The notes beneath the pieces are model-generated. The model did not search any database. It worked only from the letters and a program-made list of their open reading frames with translations, and was not told the DNA's origin. A program made the translations under genes and the position numbers. A stretch of DNA of 51,059 nucleotides, taken from the IMG/VR virus record IMGVR_UViG_3300025816_000004; one strand, given 5' to 3'. Each line of letters begins with the position of its first letter. Position 1 is the first letter of the stretch. Of the stretch, positions 1 through 7,751 are shown piece by piece. Source of the stretch: a virus.

Positions 1-127
1 AGATCAATATGCTTCTGTAATCATGGCTAGAACAAGATACTACGTTCATCAGTTTAAAGAAAACTTACAACAAGCAGCTTTTGCATTAGATGATTATAAG
101 AAAGGTATGAAACGTATGAAATCTAAT
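1..127. repeat. Terminal direct repeat, copy 1 (identical to 50933..51059); circular closure / assembly overlap
   Basis: Base-by-base comparison: 1-127 equals the last 127 nt of the window, and an ORF is continuous across it. Confidence 0.95.
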
Positions 128-178
128 TTGATTAATCCTCAACCTAAAAGTATGACAGATGACAGGATTTATTTCTAA
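1..178 (+). CDS. 3' end of a 255-aa virion protein whose 5' part is 50343..51059 (gene spans the circular junction); putative head-tail adaptor / tail-tubular-A-like
   Basis: Frame from ATG 50343 continues through the repeat and stops at TAA 176-178, overlapping the next ATG (TAATG); lies just downstream of the capsid genes. Confidence 0.6.
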   Translation, partial: DQYASVIMARTRYYVHQFKENLQQAAFALDDYKKGMKRMKSNLINPQPKSMTDDRIYF

Positions 179-1785
179 TGGCAGCTTCACAACCCTTTTC
201 AGTAGCATTACAAGGAGGGCTAGATAAGTCCAGTAATACAATGGAACTTTTGGGGAAACCTGGAGTTGCTACTAGATTATCTAACTTTGAAGTATCTAAT
301 AAAGGTGGATATAGACGTATAAACGGATACACTATATTTGGTGATGGCACAAGACCAAGTAGTTCTAATCAAATATTAGGTCTTGAAGTTTATGCAGACG
401 GAGTTATAGCTTGTTCAGCTACTGATATATTTTTTAGCCAAGACGGTAACAGTTGGTTACAACTAAATAGAGCAAGTGTTGCAGGCGGAGGAGATAACTA
501 CAGCACTTTTACAGGGAGAAGCTCACTTACTAGGAGTTCTCAAAATAAAGCAAGCTTTGCAATCTTTGAAGGCAATACAGACTATGGCGAAATAGTTATA
601 GTAGATGATAGTTCCAATAACAAACCTTTCTTATTTAAAATGACAGGAACAGGTTCATTAACTAGCAGAACTTTTTTTGCAGAAGAAATAACAGTAAGCG
701 GTACACATTATCCTAAATACTGTGTGATACATGATAAACACTTAGTAGTTGCAGGTGCAGCTACAGCAAAGAACACAATCTTTTATAGCGGTACAAGTGA
801 TATAAATGATTTTACTTCTACAGGATCTGGCAGTATTGTATTAGATGATCAAGTAGTAGGACTTAAATCTTTCCGTAATGAACTCTTTGTATTTTGTAGA
901 AACTCAATCTATAAATTACAGAATATAAATAATTCTAGTACTATAGCTATTGTACCAGTAACACAAAATGTAGGATGTGTAGATGGTAAAACTATTCAAG
1001 AATTTGCAGGTGACTTGATATTTCTAGCTCCTGATGGATTTAGAACTATTGCAGGTACAGCAAGAATTGGTGATGTTGAATTAGGAACTGTTAGTAAACC
1101 TATTCAACCTCTTATAAATGACATACTAACAAGCTCTACAAACTTTGAATATAGTAGCGTAGTTCTTAGAGATAAGTCTCAATATAGAATGTATTATAGC
1201 GGAACTGGAGAATCAACAGCTAATTCAAAAGGAATAACAGGTACTCTTACTGCAAGAGGTTTTGAGTGGACAGAGGTAAAAGGCATACAAGCTCCTGCTG
1301 TAACTTCTGGATTTAATTCGGATGGTAGAGAAAAAGTTTATCATGGAGATAGAGCAGGATATGTTTATAATCATGATACAGGAAGTGCTTTTAATCCTGA
1401 AGGAACTTCAACAAGTATTCTAGCTGAGTACCAATCTCCTGATTTTGATTATGGAGATTTTGGAACTTTAAAAACTTTAGATCATGTTAAAGTATCTTTA
1501 AAACCAGAAGGAGCTGCAGATCCTACATTAAGAGTTAGATTTGATTTTGATACTACAGAAAAAATACAACCAGGTGATGTTTCTTTAGAAGTTGCAGAAC
1601 CTGCTATTTTTGGAACATCTACTTTTAATGCTGCTACTTTTGGTGCGCCTGAAGCTCCTCTTATAAGACAACACATTCAAGGAAGTGGCCACAGTAACTT
1701 CTTTAAAATATTTAGTGAAGACACTAACGCACCGTACACTATTAACGGTTTATATGTAAACTACAGACCTTCTGGGAGATTATAG
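178..1785 (+). CDS. Virion structural protein, putative tail tubular/nozzle protein (535 aa)
   Basis: Long ORF, translationally coupled to the upstream gene; sits between an adaptor-like protein and the tail fibre; no specific motif recognised. Confidence 0.55.
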   Translation: MAASQPFSVALQGGLDKSSNTMELLGKPGVATRLSNFEVSNKGGYRRINGYTIFGDGTRPSSSNQILGLEVYADGVIACSATDIFFSQDGNSWLQLNRASVAGGGDNYSTFTGRSSLTRSSQNKASFAIFEGNTDYGEIVIVDDSSNNKPFLFKMTGTGSLTSRTFFAEEITVSGTHYPKYCVIHDKHLVVAGAATAKNTIFYSGTSDINDFTSTGSGSIVLDDQVVGLKSFRNELFVFCRNSIYKLQNINNSSTIAIVPVTQNVGCVDGKTIQEFAGDLIFLAPDGFRTIAGTARIGDVELGTVSKPIQPLINDILTSSTNFEYSSVVLRDKSQYRMYYSGTGESTANSKGITGTLTARGFEWTEVKGIQAPAVTSGFNSDGREKVYHGDRAGYVYNHDTGSAFNPEGTSTSILAEYQSPDFDYGDFGTLKTLDHVKVSLKPEGAADPTLRVRFDFDTTEKIQPGDVSLEVAEPAIFGTSTFNAATFGAPEAPLIRQHIQGSGHSNFFKIFSEDTNAPYTINGLYVNYRPSGRL

Positions 1786-1788
1786 AAA

Positions 1789-4761
1789 ATGGCTCAAACA
1801 TATACTAGACAGAGTTCCATAGCAGATGGGGATACTATAACTGCTGCTCTTTTTAACAATGAATACAATCAACTACTTAATGCTTTTAGTTACTCTTCTA
1901 GTAGCGCAAGTTCTACAGGACACAGACATGATGGTACTGCAGGACAAGGCGGTAATATTCATACTATTGGAGACTTAGATTTCCTAAATAAAATTGTTGC
2001 AGACAGCACTAACAATCGTTGGGGAGTTTTTGTAGAAGTTAGTGGATCAGCAGTAGAACAAATAAGAATACAAGACGGAGCTATTGTACCTGTTACAGAT
2101 AATGATATAGATTTAGGTACAAGCTCATTAGAATTTAAAGATGGCTACTTTGATGGTACAGTCTATGCAGATGCTATAAACTTCAATGGTACTGCAATCT
2201 CTGCTACTGCAGCAGAACTCAATATCATGGATGGAGTTACTGCTACTACAGCAGAACTGAACATTATGGATGGTGTTACGTCTACCGCTGCAGAGCTTAA
2301 TATCCTTGATGGTGTTACTGCTAGCGCAACAGATTTAAATCTTATAGATGGTATTACAAACGGTACAGTTATTGCAAGTAAAGCAATTATTACTGACTCT
2401 AATAAAGATATTACTGGCGGCAGAAATATTACAATCTCTGGAGAACTAGATGCAGCTACACTAGACATTAGTGGTGATGCAGATATTGATGGTACTCTTG
2501 AAGCTGATGCAATTACTATAGGCGGTGTAACTTTAGCAGAAACAATTAGTGATACTGTAGGAGCTATGGTTAGCTCAAATACTGAAACAAATATAACTGT
2601 TACTTATGAGGATAGCGATAACACATTAGACTTTGTAATTGGTACGCTTAATCAAGATACAACTGGAACAGCAGCATTAGCTACATCAGTAACAGTATCT
2701 GCAAACAACAGTACAGACGAAACTATCTTCCCAGTATTTGTTGATGGAGCTACAGGAACTCAAGGATTAGAAACTGACACAGGACTTACTTATAACCCAA
2801 GTTCAGGTAAATTAACTGCTACAGAATTTGTAGGTAATATAGATGCTGTAGACGGAGACTTTGATGGTACGCTTGAAACAGACGCATTATCTATAGGCGG
2901 AACAACCGTTACATCTACAGCAGCAGAACTTAATATCCTTGATGGTGTAACAAGTACCGCAGCAGAACTTAATATCCTTGACGGTGTGACAAGTACTGCC
3001 GCAGAACTTAATATCCTTGATGGTGTAACAAGTACTGCCGCAGAATTAAATATTCTAGATGGTGTTACAGCAAGTGCTACAGACCTCAACCTTATAGACG
3101 GTATAACTAATGGTACAGTAATAGCCAGTAAAGCTATTATAACAGATTCAAATAAAGACATTAGTGGCGGTAGAAACATAACTATTAGTGGTGAACTTGA
3201 TGCTGCTACATTAGATATTAGTGGTGACGCAGACATAGACGGAACTTTAGAAGCTGATGCAATCACAGTTAACGGTACAGCTTTAGCAAGCGTTATTGCA
3301 GGAACTACAGTAGCAAATGCTACATTGGCCGCTACAACAACAGTTACAGATAGCACAGCTAATACTAACTTTCCTGTAATATTTCATGATGAATCTAATG
3401 CTTTACTAGATGATACAGGAGCATTAAGATATAATCCAAGCACAGGAACATTATTAGTGCCTAATCTTAATGTTGCAGGTACTACTACTCAGGTGGATAC
3501 TGTAACAATGGAAGCCAGTAATGCAATTATTTTTGAGGGAGCAACAAGTGATGCACATGAAACTACGTTAACTGTAGTTGATCCAACAGGAGATAGAACA
3601 ATAGGATTACCAAATGTATCTGGTACTCTCCCAGTTCTAGCTGCCGCATCAACTACACAGATTAGTTCTACACCTGAAGAGCTTAATATACTTGATGGAG
3701 CTACTGTAGTTGTTGGAGAAATTAACGCATTAGATTTAGGTTCTACTGCAGTTGGTACAGCTATTGCTTCTAAAGCAGTTATATTAGATTCTAACAAAGA
3801 CTATACAGGTGTCAGAAACTTTACATTGTCAGGTGAATTAGATGCAGGAAGTTTAGATGTATCAGGAGATGCTGATATAGACGGTACATTAGAAACAGAT
3901 GCCTTGTCTATTAATGGTACTGCAATTACATCTACAGCGGCTGAATTAAATCTTATTGATGGCGGAGCAACAGTAGGAACAACTGCTGTAGCAGACGGTG
4001 ATGGTATTCTTCATAATGATGCAGGTACTATGAAAGTTACAAGTGCTGCTACATTTAAAACATATTTTCAAGCAGGCTTATCAAGTGCAGCAGATGATAT
4101 ATCAGCAGGGGATGCTGCAGTAAACATAACAACAAGTTCAGGAGACATTACAATAGATGCAGCTGCTAATGATAGTGATATAATATTTAAAGGAACAGAT
4201 AACAGTTCAGACATAACAATGCTTACACTTGACGGTTCAGACGCAGGTTCAGCTTCTTTTAATGATAAAGTTACTATAGGTGATGGTAAATTAGTTCTTA
4301 ACGCAACTGCTGTTACCTCAACTGGTGCAGAGTTAAATATACTAGATGGAGTTACATCAACTACTGCAGAGCTAAACATTCTTGATGGTGTGACAAGTAC
4401 TGCAGCAGAGTTAAACATATTAGACGGAGTAACTTCTACAGCTGCAGAGTTAAACATACTTGACGGAGTTACATCAACTGCGGCAGAATTAAACATACTA
4501 GACGGAGTTACCTCTACAGCTGCAGAGTTAAATATTCTAGATGGTGTGACAAGTACTGCAGCAGAGTTAAATATTATAGATGGCAATACAAGTGCAACTT
4601 CTACAACTCTTGCAGATGCAGATAGAGTAGTTGTAAACGATAACGGAACTATGGTTCAAGTAGCTCTTACAGATTTAGACGCAAGAGATTTTGATATTGT
4701 AACATCTGCACCTACTGATGGAACTGGTAAGAAAACTGGTTTTGTTTGGTACGTTGTATAA
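1789..4761 (+). CDS. Tail fibre protein (990 aa) with three arrays of a 13-aa AELNILDGVTSTA repeat
   Basis: Long ORF; N-terminal region with a GHRHDGTAGQG motif seen in phage fibre proteins; repetitive Gly/Thr/Asp-rich fibre-like composition. Confidence 0.8.
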   Translation: MAQTYTRQSSIADGDTITAALFNNEYNQLLNAFSYSSSSASSTGHRHDGTAGQGGNIHTIGDLDFLNKIVADSTNNRWGVFVEVSGSAVEQIRIQDGAIVPVTDNDIDLGTSSLEFKDGYFDGTVYADAINFNGTAISATAAELNIMDGVTATTAELNIMDGVTSTAAELNILDGVTASATDLNLIDGITNGTVIASKAIITDSNKDITGGRNITISGELDAATLDISGDADIDGTLEADAITIGGVTLAETISDTVGAMVSSNTETNITVTYEDSDNTLDFVIGTLNQDTTGTAALATSVTVSANNSTDETIFPVFVDGATGTQGLETDTGLTYNPSSGKLTATEFVGNIDAVDGDFDGTLETDALSIGGTTVTSTAAELNILDGVTSTAAELNILDGVTSTAAELNILDGVTSTAAELNILDGVTASATDLNLIDGITNGTVIASKAIITDSNKDISGGRNITISGELDAATLDISGDADIDGTLEADAITVNGTALASVIAGTTVANATLAATTTVTDSTANTNFPVIFHDESNALLDDTGALRYNPSTGTLLVPNLNVAGTTTQVDTVTMEASNAIIFEGATSDAHETTLTVVDPTGDRTIGLPNVSGTLPVLAAASTTQISSTPEELNILDGATVVVGEINALDLGSTAVGTAIASKAVILDSNKDYTGVRNFTLSGELDAGSLDVSGDADIDGTLETDALSINGTAITSTAAELNLIDGGATVGTTAVADGDGILHNDAGTMKVTSAATFKTYFQAGLSSAADDISAGDAAVNITTSSGDITIDAAANDSDIIFKGTDNSSDITMLTLDGSDAGSASFNDKVTIGDGKLVLNATAVTSTGAELNILDGVTSTTAELNILDGVTSTAAELNILDGVTSTAAELNILDGVTSTAAELNILDGVTSTAAELNILDGVTSTAAELNIIDGNTSATSTTLADADRVVVNDNGTMVQVALTDLDARDFDIVTSAPTDGTGKKTGFVWYVV
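2200..2358 (+). repeat. In-frame 39-nt (13-aa) tandem array 1, about 4 copies (xTAAELNIMDGVT ... DLNLIDGIT)
   Basis: Read directly in the tail-fibre translation and nucleotide sequence. Confidence 0.9.
2305..2517 (+). repeat. 213-nt internal duplication, copy A (71 aa LDGVTASATDLNLIDGITNGTVIASKAIITDSNKDITGGRNITISGELDAATLDISGDADIDGTLEADAIT)
   Basis: Same 71 aa (one T/S change) recurs at 3055..3267. Confidence 0.9.
2911..3105 (+). repeat. In-frame 39-nt tandem array 2, 5 copies (TSTAAELNILDGV x4 plus a degenerate copy)
   Basis: Read directly; copies differ mostly at synonymous sites. Confidence 0.9.
3055..3267 (+). repeat. 213-nt internal duplication, copy B; a third diverged copy lies near 3760..3900
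   Basis: 70/71 aa identical to copy A, but many third-codon positions differ. Confidence 0.9.
4315..4587 (+). repeat. In-frame 39-nt tandem array 3, 7 copies (TST[G/T/A]AELNI[L/I]DG[V/N])
   Basis: Read directly; protein copies are near identical, codon usage varies between copies. Confidence 0.9.
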
Positions 4762-4776
4762 TAGAAGGATTAATTA

Positions 4777-5625
4777 ATGGCTATTAATATATGGGATGGA
4801 GATTCTATTGAAACTCCTAATCCAATACTAGTAAAAGTAACAAACGGAAATTTACGTTTTGTAAACTATGCTGTTGTGTTAGAGACAGACGGTTCTTTAA
4901 CTACAGTATTTAATGCTATTAGACAAACTACTAAAAATACAGCAACAACTAAAACTACAGCAACTTCTGTTACTGCTAATACAACAACAACTTTTTCTAC
5001 ATCAAATAGTACTACTACAACTTTTAACACAACAAGATCTACTGCTACCTCAAAGTCAACAACAACTACTTTTAATACAACTAGAGCAACTGCTACAAGT
5101 AAATCTACTACAACTACTTTTTCTACAAACTATACTTCATATCATAATACTACTACATCATATTTGACAGGCACAACTTTTTTCACAAGTTTTGTTACAA
5201 CTTTTTTTACAGCAGATGAAAATACTCAAGGTAATGTTTCTGCAAATACCGGTAGAAACACTACAAGAGCAACCACTGAAAGTAGAACTACTTCTGAAGG
5301 CGCAACTGTCAGTAGAAATACAACGAGATCTACAACTACAACTTTTAATACTACTACAACCTTTAGTACTTCTAAGTCAACTACTACAACTTTTAATACT
5401 ACTACAACTTTTAGTACAACAAGAAGCACAACTACAACATTTAACACAACTAGAACTACAGAAACTACTGCTACAGGAAATACTACAACTACTTTTAATA
5501 CTGCAACTACTATTTTTGTTAGAGTAACTGCTACAGGAAATACAGGATCAGTTTTTGATACTGAAGTAGCTTCAGCAGGAGCGCATAGTGCTAGATATTG
5601 GGATGGAAGTTCTTGGACAGGATAA
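4777..5625 (+). CDS. Threonine-rich repeat protein (282 aa), probable fibre-associated/surface protein
   Basis: ORF with AAGGA SD; globular-looking N-terminus (about 50 aa), then TTTTFNTTR(S/A)TATSKS-type repeats; C-terminus ARYWDGSSWTG. Confidence 0.7.
   Translation: MAINIWDGDSIETPNPILVKVTNGNLRFVNYAVVLETDGSLTTVFNAIRQTTKNTATTKTTATSVTANTTTTFSTSNSTTTTFNTTRSTATSKSTTTTFNTTRATATSKSTTTTFSTNYTSYHNTTTSYLTGTTFFTSFVTTFFTADENTQGNVSANTGRNTTRATTESRTTSEGATVSRNTTRSTTTTFNTTTTFSTSKSTTTTFNTTTTFSTTRSTTTTFNTTRTTETTATGNTTTTFNTATTIFVRVTATGNTGSVFDTEVASAGAHSARYWDGSSWTG
4927..5517 (+). repeat. Low-complexity Thr-rich region with ~16-aa (48-nt) TTTTF(N/S)T-based periodicity
   Basis: Seen in the translation: TTTTFNTTRSTATSKS, TTTTFNTTRATATSKS, TTTTFNTTTTFSTSKS, TTTTFNTTTTFSTTRS, and so on. 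Confidence 0.85.
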
Positions 5626-5630
5626 ATTAA

Positions 5631-5777
5631 ATGACAGTAAAAGAAGAAATAAAAATAATAAACAGAAGAACAGAAGAAACATTAGCAATTTTATTAGAGC
5701 ATTTTAAAGAAATGGAAGAAAGAATGGATGCTTTAGAAAGAAAGAAAATGTGTAAGTGTAATAATAACGGAGTTTAA
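5631..5777 (+). CDS. Small hypothetical protein (48 aa, charged/helical)
   Basis: ATG 5631 to TAA 5775-5777; fills an otherwise empty gap; below the ORF-track size cutoff. Confidence 0.45.
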   Translation: MTVKEEIKIINRRTEETLAILLEHFKEMEERMDALERKKMCKCNNNGV

Positions 5778-5780
5778 AAG

Positions 5781-5921
5781 ATGGCAGAGAATGAACTACA
5801 TACAGATCCAGATGAAATACAAAAACTTAACAGAAGACTTGCAGATTTTTGGGATATTATTTCAAAACGTCTAAAAGCAATAGAAGAAAAAATAGACGTT
5901 TTAGAAAAAAATGCCTCTTGA
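5781..5921 (+). CDS. Small hypothetical protein (46 aa, coiled-coil-like)
   Basis: ATG 5781 to TGA 5919-5921; overlaps the start of the next gene by 11 nt. Confidence 0.45.
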   Translation: MAENELHTDPDEIQKLNRRLADFWDIISKRLKAIEEKIDVLEKNAS

Positions 5922-6807
5922 AACATTAGCTTTTAATGATGTACTGAATAATGATATAGCTCATTTTTTTAAATCAGGAAATATCAGAAGATCAGAAGTA
6001 AATAAACAACTAGATAAGATACACCATTTGTTACCAACGAAAGGTAATCATGGAACAAATTTAGAATACGATATTTGGTATGATTTTAAAAATGAAAAGA
6101 AAATAAGAGGATATGTCTATACAGACATTATGACGAAGTTTGTTTATATTAAACCTGCTTCTTCTTTATATTCTTTAAAGCTTTTAAGAGAATGTGTAAG
6201 AGGAAAAATTACACAGGAAGGAGAAAAAATCTTTGACGCTATTGCTAATAAAAATGCAGATAAGTATAATTTACAAACTACAGATATAGATTATCCTTAT
6301 GTAGTTTTTTTAGCAGGTACAAATATTTTAAAAGAAATTACAGATGATGTTAAACTTTTAAAAGCTATAAAAGAAGAAGGTGCTAAATTAAAACCTCATC
6401 CTTTAACATCTCCTTTTACAATGTCTTTTTTAAAAGCAAAGTATGGTAAAGATTCTTTAGTAAATAAAAATCTATCAGGACATGAGATTTTAAATAGAGC
6501 AAAAGTTGTAGGATGTACTACTAATTCTGAAATGGGATTGATAGCTTTAGCACAAGGTAAGCGTGTTAATTTATTTGATAGACCTAAGATAGCTTGTAAA
6601 ACTTATACACATATCTATAAAGTTTTATTTGAACAAGGATATCCAGTAATAAATGATTTTAAAAGATTGTTATCAGCAACTAACTCTGGATTAATCTATC
6701 ATGCATCAGAACAACCTAAAGAAAATATAAAAAACTTTTTTCATTATTTTAATAAAGTAGAACATGTTAAACCTAACAGACCTAAAAGTCTTAATACTAG
6801 AAAGTAA
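5911..6807 (+). CDS. Hypothetical protein (298 aa)
   Basis: Long ORF in the late operon; no motif confidently recognised. Confidence 0.8.
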   Translation: MPLETLAFNDVLNNDIAHFFKSGNIRRSEVNKQLDKIHHLLPTKGNHGTNLEYDIWYDFKNEKKIRGYVYTDIMTKFVYIKPASSLYSLKLLRECVRGKITQEGEKIFDAIANKNADKYNLQTTDIDYPYVVFLAGTNILKEITDDVKLLKAIKEEGAKLKPHPLTSPFTMSFLKAKYGKDSLVNKNLSGHEILNRAKVVGCTTNSEMGLIALAQGKRVNLFDRPKIACKTYTHIYKVLFEQGYPVINDFKRLLSATNSGLIYHASEQPKENIKNFFHYFNKVEHVKPNRPKSLNTRK

Positions 6808-7504
6808 TAACTTAACTAATCTTACAGTTAACTCTTTAGAAAAAAATACTCCACAAGTATCTTATAAAGTAATAACTAAAAAAGAACAAACAAACAGTAG
6901 GATAGGTACAGCATTACTAAATACTAAAGGAATAACTTTAGTAGTTAAAAGCGGTATAGTTTTAGAATTAAAAGAAGGAGACATACCTTCTATAGAACAA
7001 TTAGAAGCTGTTGATATATGTGTAAGCAGAAAAGCAGTTTTTATAGATCACAATAGATTATCAGAGCATTATCGTTATGTAGATACTACATTGACAAACG
7101 GAGTTGTTGATTTAAATATTTTTATTATTAATCCTAAAAGATGGAAAGATGTTCCAGAAACAGATACTGGAATATTAAACGATGTTAAAAAATTATTTAT
7201 ACCTAGATACATGCATCACAAAAATGATATTTTATTACAAGAAGAAGCAACAGCAACAATAGATGCTTTTAACTATGGAGTTCTTGGAGAGCAAGCAAGT
7301 GTGTTTAATTATATAGATTGTATTGAAGCAGATACTATAAACATGTTAGAAACTTATGGTTATTGTTTTGATAAATTACTTCCTTATTTAAAAGGAATAC
7401 CTAAAAAAGAAAAAGAAAGAATTAAATTTTTAGCTAACAAAACAAATATTAAAATTAAAAATACTAGAGAAAAGATGCACCGTTTAAATATAGGAATAAC
7501 ATAA
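6764..7504 (+). CDS. Hypothetical protein (246 aa)
   Basis: Long ORF; 44-nt overlap with the upstream gene; no later in-frame ATG near the 5' end. Confidence 0.75.
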   Translation: MLNLTDLKVLILESNNLTNLTVNSLEKNTPQVSYKVITKKEQTNSRIGTALLNTKGITLVVKSGIVLELKEGDIPSIEQLEAVDICVSRKAVFIDHNRLSEHYRYVDTTLTNGVVDLNIFIINPKRWKDVPETDTGILNDVKKLFIPRYMHHKNDILLQEEATATIDAFNYGVLGEQASVFNYIDCIEADTINMLETYGYCFDKLLPYLKGIPKKEKERIKFLANKTNIKIKNTREKMHRLNIGIT

Positions 7505-7743
7505 TGGATATGGAAACTTGGAATATACTTATAACTTTAGTCATAGCCCCTGTAGTTTATAGTATTCGTCAAAACTTTGTAGAGCTTAAAAGGATTGACG
7601 TATTGTTAAACAAAACCAGAGAAGAAGTAGCTAGAACTTATGTAACTAAAGACGAAATGGAAAGCAGTATGGATAGAGTTATGCGTATGCTCAGTAAACT
7701 TGAAACAAAACTTGATAAACTTTTTGAAGTTAAAACTAATTAG
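7504..7743 (+). CDS. Small membrane-anchored coiled-coil protein (79 aa)
   Basis: N-terminal hydrophobic helix (WNILITLVIAPVVYSI) followed by a charged helical region; TAATG coupling. Confidence 0.75.
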   Translation: MDMETWNILITLVIAPVVYSIRQNFVELKRIDVLLNKTREEVARTYVTKDEMESSMDRVMRMLSKLETKLDKLFEVKTN

Positions 7744-7751
7744 GAATTACT

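Noticed and set aside
2163-4586. Four long antisense ORFs inside the tail-fibre gene (2163..2468, 2790..3356, 3489..3797, 4068..4586, minus strand)
   Set aside because: They mirror the repeat arrays of the sense gene (repetitive SAAV..TPS.. peptides) and have no SD or coupling. They are fully contained in a much longer, well-supported + strand ORF, so they are a by-product of repeat composition.
4315-4587. The regular 39-nt periodic repeats could be mistaken for a CRISPR array or a minisatellite
   Set aside because: The units are contiguous with no spacers, in frame, and encode a conserved 13-aa peptide within a 990-aa ORF. There are no cas genes and no leader.
1789-4761. Diversity-generating retroelement targeting the tail fibre
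   Set aside because: There is no reverse transcriptase ORF anywhere in the closed genome. Differences between duplicated segments are synonymous and involve all bases, not adenine-specific template/variable-repeat mismatches.
4913-5527. Alternative-frame ORFs (4913..5167 +, 5192..5527 +, 5226..5447 -) within the Thr-rich gene
   Set aside because: They are low-complexity Leu/Gln- or Val-rich translations produced by the ACN-rich repeat, nested in the longer ORF that has a proper SD and normal N- and C-terminal ends.
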